Source of the DNA: Vulcanimicrobiota bacterium
GTDB taxonomy: Bacteria > Vulcanimicrobiota > Xenobia > Xenobiales > JADMJV01
Direction: 5' to 3'
NCBI GenBank assembly: GCA_050250895.1
Contig: JBFWNU010000002.1
Coordinates: forward strand, 64,001-128,000
DNA length: 64,000 bases
The stretch's first letter is position 1; the number at the start of each line of letters is the position of its first letter. The position numbers were made by a program, and so were the translations under genes. The notes beneath the pieces were generated by a model. The model ran no database searches. It saw nothing but the letters and a program-made list of their open reading frames with translations, and was not told the origin of the DNA. Of the stretch, positions 18,768-27,956 are shown piece by piece.

Positions 18768-18800
18768 ATGTTAACGGAATGCTAACGGAATGTTAACAAA
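18768..18800. promoter_or_regulatory. 11-bp-period triple direct repeat (putative winged-helix regulator site)
   Basis: ATGTTAACGGA ATGCTAACGGA ATGTTAACAAA upstream of 17802..18701. Confidence 0.7.
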
Positions 18801-18911
18801 GGATGAACGGGTGTGGCCGAGGTCCCGCCCCGTCGCTCGGGCTGCTTTCTCACCGATCAACAGCGTTCTCAGGGCTCTCATGCAGAAGTCATTCCGGGCA
18901 ATCCGGGCCCC

Positions 18912-18935
18912 AGACCCGCCCGGGTGGGCGGGTCT
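18912..18935 (-). terminator. hairpin downstream of 18943..19497
   Basis: AGACCCGCCC-gggt-GGGCGGGTCT; no U-tract. Confidence 0.45.
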
Positions 18936-18942
18936 TGTCGGC

Positions 18943-19497
18943 CTATGCCTGCTGGGTGGGGTCTCCCTTGAGATAGCTATAGCCCGTGGCCGGTTCCGCC
19001 GCCGCGGGCGCGGGCGCTGGCGCTGGCGCCGGCGCGGGAGCGGGTTGGGGCCCCGGAGTGCTGGGGGCAAGCACGACGACCACGGGCACGGGGATCGGCC
19101 GCCCCCGACCACGATAGCCTTGATTGCCGTTGTTCGGCGTTTGCTCGGGCCCCGCGGCCGGCTCGGCTGCTGGGGCCTCGGCGGCGGGGGGCTCGGCTGA
19201 GGTTGGGGCCTCGGCGGGCGGCTTCAAAGAGTTCAACTGGGTGTCGAGCCAGTATCTGCGGTCCAACACTTGAGGCTTGTCGGCCCCCGAGAAGTCCTGC
19301 CAACCCCCGCTCATTTGCGAATAAGCTTCCAGGTATTCTCGCCTCTCTTCGGGGGACAACGCACCCAGAGGGTTGTCGGATGAGGGGTCCTGAACGGCCG
19401 TAGACGTACCTGCCGAGAGAGCCTGTTCGGCCATATCGCGCACAGGCGAGGGGGCGGACCAAGAACTGTTTACGTTCGAATATTGTGTGTTGAGCAT
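18943..19497 (-). CDS. Pro/Ala-rich, probably disordered hypothetical protein
   Basis: GGAGGT RBS before MLNTQY; PAPAPAP tracts. Confidence 0.7.
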   Translation of the reverse strand: MLNTQYSNVNSSWSAPSPVRDMAEQALSAGTSTAVQDPSSDNPLGALSPEERREYLEAYSQMSGGWQDFSGADKPQVLDRRYWLDTQLNSLKPPAEAPTSAEPPAAEAPAAEPAAGPEQTPNNGNQGYRGRGRPIPVPVVVVLAPSTPGPQPAPAPAPAPAPAPAAAEPATGYSYLKGDPTQQA

Positions 19498-19814
19498 CAC
19501 TACCTCCGTTTCTTCCTCGAGTTTAGGCAGCTTCTCTCTGTGACCGTTCTGTGGCCGGGCCGAGAAGATGAACAATTCTTGAACGAAGAATGAACTTCTT
19601 CCGTAGCCTTTTGCATCAGCTTGCCCGGTCGGTGTCATCCATGGTGTCCCGGAGGTAAGCACGAGCGACTCGTTGCGCCTTCGGCCAAAGCTCTCAAGAG
19701 GAGTCTACAGGACACCCACAAGGTTGAGCCGAGGCCGTCGTCGGCCTGGCCCTGGCCGCCAAAGTCAGCGCGGGACAGCGAGAATAAGTGAGCAACTCCG
19801 GCGACCGTTAGGTC

Positions 19815-20327
19815 ATGTGGAAGCGAAGTCTCGAAGTCCTGGTCCTTCTTTTGGCGGTGGGTGGCCTGGCGGCCGTCTACCAGGCCCCGAGCCAGCCCTC
19901 TGCGCCGGCACCGTCACCCCCTCTCAGAACAGCGCCCAGCACCGCTCCCGCCAGGCCGGGTCCGCCTCCCAATCGGTGGGGCACCATTCCCTGCCAGGTT
20001 CTGCTCGAGCAGGGTCACCTGCGCCTGCGCTTCAAGAACGATGGCCCTGAAGATTTCAACATCCTGACCGGCGGCTCGGGTTACCACCTCACGATCGTCT
20101 CGCCCGAGCGGATCCAGATCCAGGCCGACTATTACGGCTGCGCTCTGACCTCGATTCACGACTGTTACCATACCCAGAGCCTGCTGGTACCTGCCGGCAA
20201 GTCGGTCATGCTCGACCTCGGACGGGCCCCCCAGGAACTTGCCGGCCTGCCCGATTCGCTCCCTGGCGAGTATGTTACCTACCCACGCCCAGCCAATCTC
20301 CAGCCCAAAATGGTGCCGGTTTATTAG
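19815..20327 (+). CDS. exported hypothetical protein
   Basis: N-terminal hydrophobic segment followed by a Pro-rich linker. Confidence 0.65.
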   Translation: MWKRSLEVLVLLLAVGGLAAVYQAPSQPSAPAPSPPLRTAPSTAPARPGPPPNRWGTIPCQVLLEQGHLRLRFKNDGPEDFNILTGGSGYHLTIVSPERIQIQADYYGCALTSIHDCYHTQSLLVPAGKSVMLDLGRAPQELAGLPDSLPGEYVTYPRPANLQPKMVPVY

Positions 20328-20382
20328 CCAATCGTTTCCAGGCCGGGTGGCCGGGGTAGAAGCCCGTAGGAGGATTTGAACA

Positions 20383-21180
20383 ATGGCAACCAGTGAAAAG
20401 ACCCTGCTTTCAGCAGGCAGCTTCTGTTGGGCCGACCTGGCCTCGACCGACCCCGCCAAGACCCGCAGCTTCTACACCGAGTTGATGGGCTGGACCCTCA
20501 ACGACGTGCCGATGGGCGACGGCCCGAGCTACACTATGGTGATGGCTGGCGAGCAGGGTGTGGGCGGCATGTATGCGATGGACGCGGCCCAGAAGGAGAT
20601 GGGCGTCCCCAGCCACTGGATGTGCTACCTCCTGGTCGACGACCTCGAGGCCATGACCAAAAGGGCTGCCGAACTTGGCGCTACCGTTCGCGTCGAGCCC
20701 TTCTCGGTCGGTCAGTTCGGTAGGATGTCGGTGCTGGTCGACCCCACCGGAGCCACTTTCGCCCTCTGGAAGTCGAGCACCGGCGAAGCCACCGCCTCCA
20801 CCGGCCTGGGCACCGTCTGCTGGAATGAACTTATGACCGAGGACACCCAGAACGCCTCCGAGTTCTACACCAAGCTCCTGGGCTGGACCCCTGAAGCCAT
20901 GCCCATGGCCCACATGACCTACACCATCTTTAAGAACGGTCAGGCTCCGGCGGCCGGCATGATGGAACTGCCGGCCGAGGCCAAGAAGCACGGCGCCAAG
21001 GCCCACTGGTTGCTCTATCTATCCGTGAACGATTGCGATCAGACCGTGGCCCGCTGCAAAGAACTCGGCGGCGGCATCTGCATGCCCGCCACCGACTTTG
21101 AGGGCGTGGGCCGGGGTGCCATTCTCACCGATCCGACCGGTGCAGCCTTTGGCGTGATTCACCTCAACAAGAGCTGCTAA
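20383..21180 (+). CDS. two-domain VOC/glyoxalase family protein
   Basis: FCWADL...FYTELMGW and VCWNEL...FYTKLLGW, with DPTGA in each half; AGGAGG RBS. Confidence 0.93.
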   Translation: MATSEKTLLSAGSFCWADLASTDPAKTRSFYTELMGWTLNDVPMGDGPSYTMVMAGEQGVGGMYAMDAAQKEMGVPSHWMCYLLVDDLEAMTKRAAELGATVRVEPFSVGQFGRMSVLVDPTGATFALWKSSTGEATASTGLGTVCWNELMTEDTQNASEFYTKLLGWTPEAMPMAHMTYTIFKNGQAPAAGMMELPAEAKKHGAKAHWLLYLSVNDCDQTVARCKELGGGICMPATDFEGVGRGAILTDPTGAAFGVIHLNKSC

Positions 21181-21293
21181 GCGGGGTCTTTTTTAGGACC
21201 GGAGAATCGTTACAAGTCTGCAATCCGCGACCGTCCTTCCAAGGGCTAGACTATAGATCCAACCAGCTCCAATATGATGCAGGAGCGCGTCCA

Positions 21294-22001
21294 GTGCAGG
21301 TTAGAAGTTTCCATCCCGGTCCCCACGTGCAGCTTGCCGCTGCCCCGCCCAGGTCGCCCAGGACCGAGGACCTGTTTGCTCCCCAGCCCCCCGAGCCTCC
21401 CCCTCGCGAGCGCATGAACATCGGCGGGGCGGTCGGGCTGTCGGCCTTCATCGCGGCTTCGGCCGCGGCCGGCGGAGCCGCCGGAGTGGGGGCCATGGTT
21501 TGGTCCGGCTGGCCCGGCCTGGCGGCCGGGGCGGCCATGGGCGGCCTGGGGGGAGTCACGGCCGGCTGGCTGGCTACCAAAGGTGCTCTCTACGGCCTGA
21601 CCAAAGTCACCGGCCGGGAGCCCTCCGACCAGCTCAAAAAATGGGCCCACCGCCTCACCTTCGCCGCCTGCCTGGCCGGGGGAGCGGCGGCCGGCTATGC
21701 GGCCATTCCCGCCAACGGGGGCAGTGGCTTCTGGATGGTAGCCAGCATGGTCTGTGGTGTGGCTGGCGGCCTTTGTTGGGGTCAAGAGCTGATCTTCGGC
21801 AATGTCTTCGACGACAACCAGCTGGTGGGCTACCGCAATCGCGAGGCTCAACGCCAGTTCGAGCAACAGACCCGAGAGTACGAGGAAGAACTCGCCCGCT
21901 TTCGGGCCGAGCTGGTGCCACCCGGTCAGGAAGTCTCGCTCGAAGAAAACGACGAATCGCTGGTCGTCGGCGACGTCACGCTGCCCCGCCAGACCTCCTG
22001 A
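21294..22001 (+). CDS. glycine-zipper membrane-helix protein with conserved C-terminal tail
   Basis: Four Gly-rich hydrophobic helices, a coiled coil and tail EENDESLVVGDVTLPR; AGGAG RBS. Confidence 0.75.
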   Translation: MQVRSFHPGPHVQLAAAPPRSPRTEDLFAPQPPEPPPRERMNIGGAVGLSAFIAASAAAGGAAGVGAMVWSGWPGLAAGAAMGGLGGVTAGWLATKGALYGLTKVTGREPSDQLKKWAHRLTFAACLAGGAAAGYAAIPANGGSGFWMVASMVCGVAGGLCWGQELIFGNVFDDNQLVGYRNREAQRQFEQQTREYEEELARFRAELVPPGQEVSLEENDESLVVGDVTLPRQTS

Positions 22002-22147
22002 ACGTGGACCCGGCGCCGCCGGGCTGTTCGGGTTTACAAATGGCGATCTGAGGCCGCGCCGATTCGACCCTCTTTGATTCGACCTTCCAGGCTGGAAGAC
22101 AACTTATGCCACCCTCTTGCGGCCGCCCCGAGGTCTTCTCCCCAAGC

Positions 22148-22173
22148 AAAAGCGGGCCCGTTTGGGGCCCGCT
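22148..22173 (-). terminator. intrinsic terminator of 22198..23109
   Basis: AGCGGGCCC-N5-GGGCCCGCT followed by a T-run on the minus strand. Confidence 0.7.
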
Positions 22174-22197
22174 CACGGGGGACTTGCCTCTCTCGGG

Positions 22198-23109
22198 CTA
22201 TTGCTGTTGCTCCTGCGCTCCTACCACGCGCACGCGCTCGAAACCGTCAAGCTTGATCAAGTTGCCGCCCTCGCCCTGGGTGAAGAGCACCTCTCCCTGC
22301 TCATTGACCACGGTCACGGCCTTGTCACCGGCGCGAATCACGGCCACGTCGTGGTCGCCCTGCCCGCCCGAAAGACGCACCTGGTCCTCGCCCCGGCTGG
22401 CTCTAAAGACCACTCGGTCGTCACCCACGCCGCCGCGCACGCGGGTCGTGTCCGAGCCCAGACCCCCGCTGGCGCGCAAGACATCGTCTCCGCGGCCTCC
22501 CCGGACCACCTGACGGTCGGCTCCCTGACCTCCGCGGGCGATGGTTTCGTCGTTGCCTTGACCACCGCGCACCAGTTGCCGATCATTGCCCTCCTGGCCG
22601 CGGGCCAGTTCGAAGTCGTTGCCCTGGCCGCCGCGGATGACCTGGCGGTCACCACCACGTCCGCCCTCCTGGGCCAACACGTCGTTGCCCTGGTGGCCGC
22701 GGGCCTTCTGCACGTCACGGCCGGCGTGGGCCCGCTGGAAGCGGACATCGCGATGCTCGCCACCGTCGAAAATCTGGCGGTCGCGCAGGGGGTGCTCGAC
22801 GGGCGGCTGGGGGTTGGGCAGACTCGAGCCCGGATAGTAGTCGGTGAAGGTGAAGTAGGGGTCGATGGGAGTGGGCGAGACCGGCTGGCCGGCGAAGCCA
22901 CCGAATCCCTGGGCCAGTTGGGTCAGGCTCTCGAGCAGGCTGACCAGCATCTGAGCCGGTCCCTGGGCCGGGGGAAACTGGCGGACGTCCTGGTTTCCGA
23001 CGATGCTCCAGATGTTCTGGTAGGCATTCTGGTTGGCCGTCAGGTTGTTACGGAAGGACATCTGGGTGGAAACGGGGTCCTGATTGAAAGTGAAGGGTGA
23101 AATCGCCAT
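22198..23109 (-). CDS. RTX-like Gly/Asp repeat (putative Ca-binding beta-roll) protein
   Basis: About 13 GGxGxD-type repeats at 11-residue period; start placed at MAISPF after a GGAGAG RBS. Confidence 0.8.
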   Translation of the reverse strand: MAISPFTFNQDPVSTQMSFRNNLTANQNAYQNIWSIVGNQDVRQFPPAQGPAQMLVSLLESLTQLAQGFGGFAGQPVSPTPIDPYFTFTDYYPGSSLPNPQPPVEHPLRDRQIFDGGEHRDVRFQRAHAGRDVQKARGHQGNDVLAQEGGRGGDRQVIRGGQGNDFELARGQEGNDRQLVRGGQGNDETIARGGQGADRQVVRGGRGDDVLRASGGLGSDTTRVRGGVGDDRVVFRASRGEDQVRLSGGQGDHDVAVIRAGDKAVTVVNEQGEVLFTQGEGGNLIKLDGFERVRVVGAQEQQQ

Positions 23110-23194
23110 GTTCGTTCTCTCCTGCAACTCGTTTGTTTTCTGAACCCAGAATAGGCTGGACCAAAAAAATCGGAGAAAAATGGCGACTCTCTAA

Positions 23195-23212
23195 TGTAAA
23201 CATTTTGTAAAC
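23195..23212. promoter_or_regulatory. 11-bp-period direct repeat in a divergent intergenic region
   Basis: TGTAAAC-attt-TGTAAAC. Confidence 0.55.
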
Positions 23213-23258
23213 CCGACTCGCCGAGGAGACCGTTGTCGGTGGGCGAAGGAGAGGGCCG

Positions 23259-25616
23259 GTGGCTAAGCAGGTCAGAGTTTTGGTGTTGGAAGACGACCCC
23301 ACCCTGCGGGAGGTCCTTCGCGACGTTCTCGAGGCGCGCGGTCTGCATGTCACCTCGGCCTCGCGCGGCGAAGAGGCTCTTGAGAAGGCTCGCATCGAAC
23401 CCTACGACCTGATTGTGGCCGACATCCGGATGGAGGGCATCACTGGCCTCGACGCCATCGAGCGGGCCCGCGAACTGCAGCCCGACATGGGCTCGATCGT
23501 GGTCTCGGGTTTTGCCTCAGAGGAAGAGACCCTGCGAGCAGTCAAGCTCAATGTGGCGGGCTATCTCAAGAAGCCGTTCAAGATTCCCGAGTTGCTCGAA
23601 CTGATCAATGGCTATCTGCTCGAGCGCAAGGTCAAGGCCGAAAAGGAAGAAGAGACTCGCACCCTGCGCGAGGCCTTGCTGTGGTCTCTGGGGCAACAGG
23701 GGGCGTGGGCCGAGAAGGCTCACCCTGGAAAGGTCGAGCGCCCGGCCAATCTGGCTCGCGCCCTGGCGCGCGCCCAGGGCCACAATCAGGGCCTGGGCGA
23801 ACAGGTCTTCTTGGGGCTGATGCTGCGCGCTATCGGTCAATTGACGGGTCAGACGCTACCGACCCGGGTCCAGGGGGCGTTGCACCCTTTCCAAGCCTTG
23901 CTCGAAGCCGTTGACGGCAGCCCGGTGGGGGATTTTGCACTGGCGGTGGTGACCGCTTCGCCGGACGCCTGGCCACCCCTGGAAGGTTTGCCTGACCAGG
24001 TGCCTGGCCCCCTCAAAGAAGCGTATGCACGCTTTCTCGAGGCGGCCGGTCAAGACGAGCCCGAGCCCGAAGACGACGACGAGCCCATCGAGAGTATGAG
24101 CCTCCTATCGCTGGCTTTAACCCTCGAGCAGGTTCGCGATCTCGAGGGTGCTCGCCGGGCCTATTCTCAGTTGCTCGAGCAAGACGTGGCCTCTTCGCAT
24201 ACTTTGCAGGCCAATCTCGGCCTGGCCCGCCTGGCCGTGGCCCAGGCCAGCACCGAGCAGCTGGAGCAGCGGGTCACTCAGACCCTGGCGCTGGCCGGCC
24301 GGCTGGGCCCTCTTTCCCTGGCCCAGTCCGAACTCGAGGCGGCCAGGTTGCTGCGCCAAGCGGGTCACCCCGCCGCCGTCAAACTGTTCGAACGGGCCCG
24401 TGCCAGCCTCGAAGGCCTCGACCTGGCCGTGCCGCGCGCCGTCTGCGTGCTGGCTCTGGCGGCCCTCGACGCCGATCCGGGACCAGCCCTGCTCACTTCG
24501 GCTCTGCAGGCTCTGGCCGAGGCCGACCATGAGCCCGAGGTGGTCGAGTCGCTGCCGTCGCTGTTGCCAGACCTGCTCGAAGTGGCCCGGGTCCGACCCG
24601 AAAGCTCAGCCGTGGAGCTCGCACGCCAATTCGTGCGTAGCTTTCCTCACCTCCTGACCGGAGCCTTTGCGTCCATGTCGGCGGCCACTCAGAAACTCGC
24701 CCTCGAGTTGTTGGCCCAGTCTCAGGTGGGGTTGCCCGACAGCCTGGTGCCCCTACTCGAAGCCAGCGAGCAATCCGAGTTGCGGTCGTTTTTGCAGGCT
24801 TTCGAGCCGGCCAGGGCCGAGTCCAGCCGAACCTTGCTCAGGGTGCAGACCATGGGCGGCATGGTCACCCACGTCGGCGAGCAGCAAGTCGGTGAGAAAG
24901 AGTGGAAGACGCAGAAGGTCAAGTACCTGCTGGCGCGCCTGCTGGCGGTGGCGCCGGGCTCGCTGCATGTCGAGCTGGTGATCGAGGAGTTCTGGCCCAA
25001 GGCCCCGGAACGGGGGCGCAAGAACGTCAATACCTCGGTTTCGAGCCTGCGCAAATGCCTGCGAGATGCCGGCCTGGAAGAGGAGCTCGACCCGGTCGAA
25101 CGGGCCGGCGAGCGGCTGGCCCTCAACCCTCGCCTGTTGTGGTGGAACGATTCGCTCGAGTTGGTGAAGGCGCACGAGCGGGCCCAGAGCCTGGCCAACG
25201 ACAATCCCGAAAAGGCGCTGGCCGCCTGCAGTCGGGTGGTGCGGCTCTATCGCGGGCCCTATCTTGACGGTTGCTATATGGATTGGGCCATCGAGCTGCG
25301 CCAGCATTACGAGCGCATCTACGAGCAAGCCCTCTTGCAGCTGATGGAGTCGAGATTTGCCCAGCACCGCTATCGCGAGGCCTTTGAATACAGCACCGAG
25401 TATTTGCGCATTCAGCCCGACGACATGCGGGCTCACGAACTTACCATGCTGTGCTTGCTCGGCTTGTCTCGGCACCAGCAGGCCATCGACCACTACGAGG
25501 CTTATCGCAAAGAACTCATGGCCTCGCTCGGCAGCGAGCCGGCGATCGAACTGGTCAAGGTCTATCAGATGGCTCGGTACGGGTTTGCCCAGTCGTCTGG
25601 CCTGGCCGGCCTTTAG
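23259..25616 (+). CDS. response regulator: REC + TPR-like region + winged helix/BTAD (SARP-like)
   Basis: VLVLEDD, ADIRM, YLKKPF; C-terminal WKTQKVKYLLA, SSLRKCL, LYRGPYLDG...W and ELGSEP-like BTAD motifs. Confidence 0.88.
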   Translation: MAKQVRVLVLEDDPTLREVLRDVLEARGLHVTSASRGEEALEKARIEPYDLIVADIRMEGITGLDAIERARELQPDMGSIVVSGFASEEETLRAVKLNVAGYLKKPFKIPELLELINGYLLERKVKAEKEEETRTLREALLWSLGQQGAWAEKAHPGKVERPANLARALARAQGHNQGLGEQVFLGLMLRAIGQLTGQTLPTRVQGALHPFQALLEAVDGSPVGDFALAVVTASPDAWPPLEGLPDQVPGPLKEAYARFLEAAGQDEPEPEDDDEPIESMSLLSLALTLEQVRDLEGARRAYSQLLEQDVASSHTLQANLGLARLAVAQASTEQLEQRVTQTLALAGRLGPLSLAQSELEAARLLRQAGHPAAVKLFERARASLEGLDLAVPRAVCVLALAALDADPGPALLTSALQALAEADHEPEVVESLPSLLPDLLEVARVRPESSAVELARQFVRSFPHLLTGAFASMSAATQKLALELLAQSQVGLPDSLVPLLEASEQSELRSFLQAFEPARAESSRTLLRVQTMGGMVTHVGEQQVGEKEWKTQKVKYLLARLLAVAPGSLHVELVIEEFWPKAPERGRKNVNTSVSSLRKCLRDAGLEEELDPVERAGERLALNPRLLWWNDSLELVKAHERAQSLANDNPEKALAACSRVVRLYRGPYLDGCYMDWAIELRQHYERIYEQALLQLMESRFAQHRYREAFEYSTEYLRIQPDDMRAHELTMLCLLGLSRHQQAIDHYEAYRKELMASLGSEPAIELVKVYQMARYGFAQSSGLAGL

Positions 25617-27934
25617 ACGGGCGGCAGGATGACGCGAAAGGTCGCTCCCTGGCCCGGTTGTGACTCCACTTCCAGCCGGCCATGGTGGCGCTCGACAATC
25701 TGGTGGGCAGACCACAAGCCCAGCCCCGTGCCTCGGCCTGGCTCTTTCGTGGTAAAGAAGGGCTCGAAGATTCGCTCCAGCTGGTCCGGGGCGATGCCCG
25801 GGCCGCCGTCCGTGACCCACAGCTCGACCTCTTTGCCAGCGCGAACCCCCAGGGTGAGCGGGCGGGCGCCTTCGGGCATCTCTTCCATGGCCTGGGCGGC
25901 GTTGAGCAAGAGGTTGGTCAGGACCTGTTGCAAAGCCTGGTATTCGCCTCGCACCATCACCGGGTCGGGCGAGAGATCCTGGCTCAGGCTCACCCGGGCC
26001 GTCTTGAGCTGATAGGACAGGAAGTCGACCGTGTCACGGGCCAGACCGTTCAAGTCAAGCGGGGTCATGGTCCGGCTCTCGGGGCGAGAATAGACCATCA
26101 ACCGCGAGATGATCTCACGCGAACGCTCGACCGCCTCTTGACCTCGGCGCAGCAGTCTTTGCACCAGTTCGGGATGGCTGTCGAACATCTCCAGGGCCTC
26201 GTCGAGACAGATCGAGATGGCTCCGATGGGAGAGTTCAGCTCATGGGCCACCCCGGCCGAAAGTTGACCGACCGCGGTCATCTTGCTCGACTGGACCAGG
26301 TGGGCCTGGGAGCGTTCTAACTCCAGCTTGGCCTGCACCGACTCTTGATAGTGAGTAGCGTTGGACAAGGCCATGGCCGCCTGGCAACACAAGATGAACA
26401 GCTGGTCTTTCTGCTCGTCCGAGAACGGTGCTGGACCCACCAGGGCGGTCACGCCCAGGCAGCTGGACCCGGTGGTCAGGGGGGCTAGCAGCACCGGACC
26501 AGGCAGTTCGAAGGCCTGACGCTTTTCGGCTGCCTGGGCCAGCCCGGCCGGGCTCACCTCAGGCACCTGGCCCCATTCTCGTTGCCGGCCCCGCGGGGAA
26601 AAGAAGGCTCCGCCACGGTTGGGAATGGTCTCGTTGACGACCTTGAGAAACCGCTCCAGGAGGGTGTCGGGGTCAAGCGACGAGGCCACCGCTTCAGCCC
26701 CCGAGATCAGAGCCGAGAGATGCTCGACTCGCTTCTCGAGGTTGAGCACCGCTTGCTCTGCCTGCCGCTTGGCCTGGACCTGGCGGTGGGTCTCGAGGGC
26801 CGACCCAAGGGCCAGGGTGGCCTTCTGGCACAGCCAGCGCAGTTGGTCGAGCTGGGTCTGGGACAAGACCTCGTCATTTCCCACATAAAGCACACCCAGT
26901 TCGCCCAGGGGCAGGGCGGCCACGGCCGCGTCGGTAGGGAACAGTCGCTTGTCGTCAGGTTCCTCCAGTCTCACCACGGCCTTGCCCGAGGCGCGGGCTT
27001 CGGTGACCGCCGGCTCGGTCACGGCCAGCAGCGATCGGGCTTGAAGGCGGGGTCCCAAAGCCTCTTCCACCAGGTAAGAGACAGGCTCGGGGGGCTCGCC
27101 CAGAAAGACAGCCACATTCTTCACCGGTAGCAACTCGCGGGTGGTGGCGGCCAGCTGGCCGGCCGCCTCCAGGGGGGTAGGGTGCGAGGAAAGATGGCGG
27201 GCGAAGTTCTCGAGCAAACTCTTCTCTTGTTTAACCCGGCTGAGCGCGCGCCGGGCCGCCTTCTCCCGATCTCCCAGCTGGCGGATGCGCACCAGCGCCT
27301 GGGCAAAAGTCTTGTCCTTGGCTTTGCCCAGGACGTTCTCGGCCGCCAGGTCCAGTTGGCGCAGCAAGGGAGCCACCGCCAGCAGGGCCCAGGGGTAGAC
27401 CGAGGCGAGCATGGCCAGAGCTACCCCCAACAGGCTCAGGCCCAGCTCCAGGGGCCGAATCTGCAAGAAGAGCTGACGCCACACTGCCCGTTCTTCGGCC
27501 TGCTGCGGCACCTCGAGCCAGGCCTCCAGTTGCAGCCGCGAAACCAGGTATACCAGGGCCACCAACAGGGCCTGGACCGGCAGGGGCAGGTCGCTCATTC
27601 GTGCCATGGGCCCGGCCAGCAGATAAGCCAGGGCCAGGGCGAGATTCTGTCCCAGGTTCTCGGCCAGGCTTCGATCCAGGTGGTGCAGCGAGCAAAGCAC
27701 GATGGCCACCACTCCCACCAGCGGCCCGGCTCCTGGAGTCACGGCCGTGGCCAGCAAAAGGGGAGCCCCCGGAGAGAACTGATAGTTCTCGGTCAGGCGA
27801 AAGCTGCTCGATTCGGCCCACAAGATGGCCGCCACCAGCAGCCCCGAGGTCAGGGGGTCGCTGGGGATCGGGCTCAAGATGCCCGCTACCAAGAGCAGCA
27901 GCCCCACCAGAGCGGCCCGAGTCGCAGTGGTCAA
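25613..27934 (-). CDS. membrane sensor histidine kinase with GAF-like domains
   Basis: TM N-terminus; AGVAHELNSP, QVLTNLLLNA, FEPFFTTKEPGRGTGLGL. Confidence 0.92.
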   Translation of the reverse strand: MTTATRAALVGLLLLVAGILSPIPSDPLTSGLLVAAILWAESSSFRLTENYQFSPGAPLLLATAVTPGAGPLVGVVAIVLCSLHHLDRSLAENLGQNLALALAYLLAGPMARMSDLPLPVQALLVALVYLVSRLQLEAWLEVPQQAEERAVWRQLFLQIRPLELGLSLLGVALAMLASVYPWALLAVAPLLRQLDLAAENVLGKAKDKTFAQALVRIRQLGDREKAARRALSRVKQEKSLLENFARHLSSHPTPLEAAGQLAATTRELLPVKNVAVFLGEPPEPVSYLVEEALGPRLQARSLLAVTEPAVTEARASGKAVVRLEEPDDKRLFPTDAAVAALPLGELGVLYVGNDEVLSQTQLDQLRWLCQKATLALGSALETHRQVQAKRQAEQAVLNLEKRVEHLSALISGAEAVASSLDPDTLLERFLKVVNETIPNRGGAFFSPRGRQREWGQVPEVSPAGLAQAAEKRQAFELPGPVLLAPLTTGSSCLGVTALVGPAPFSDEQKDQLFILCCQAAMALSNATHYQESVQAKLELERSQAHLVQSSKMTAVGQLSAGVAHELNSPIGAISICLDEALEMFDSHPELVQRLLRRGQEAVERSREIISRLMVYSRPESRTMTPLDLNGLARDTVDFLSYQLKTARVSLSQDLSPDPVMVRGEYQALQQVLTNLLLNAAQAMEEMPEGARPLTLGVRAGKEVELWVTDGGPGIAPDQLERIFEPFFTTKEPGRGTGLGLWSAHQIVERHHGRLEVESQPGQGATFRVILPPV

Positions 27935-27956
27935 GAGGCGCTATGTCCTTGCCGGC

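Noticed and set aside
19520-19630. c-di-GMP-I (GEMM) riboswitch upstream of 18943..19497
   Set aside because: The minus strand has GGGCAA...GCAAAAGGCTACGG...GCTGCC, but the GNRA-capped P2 stem is missing; a cmscan would be needed.
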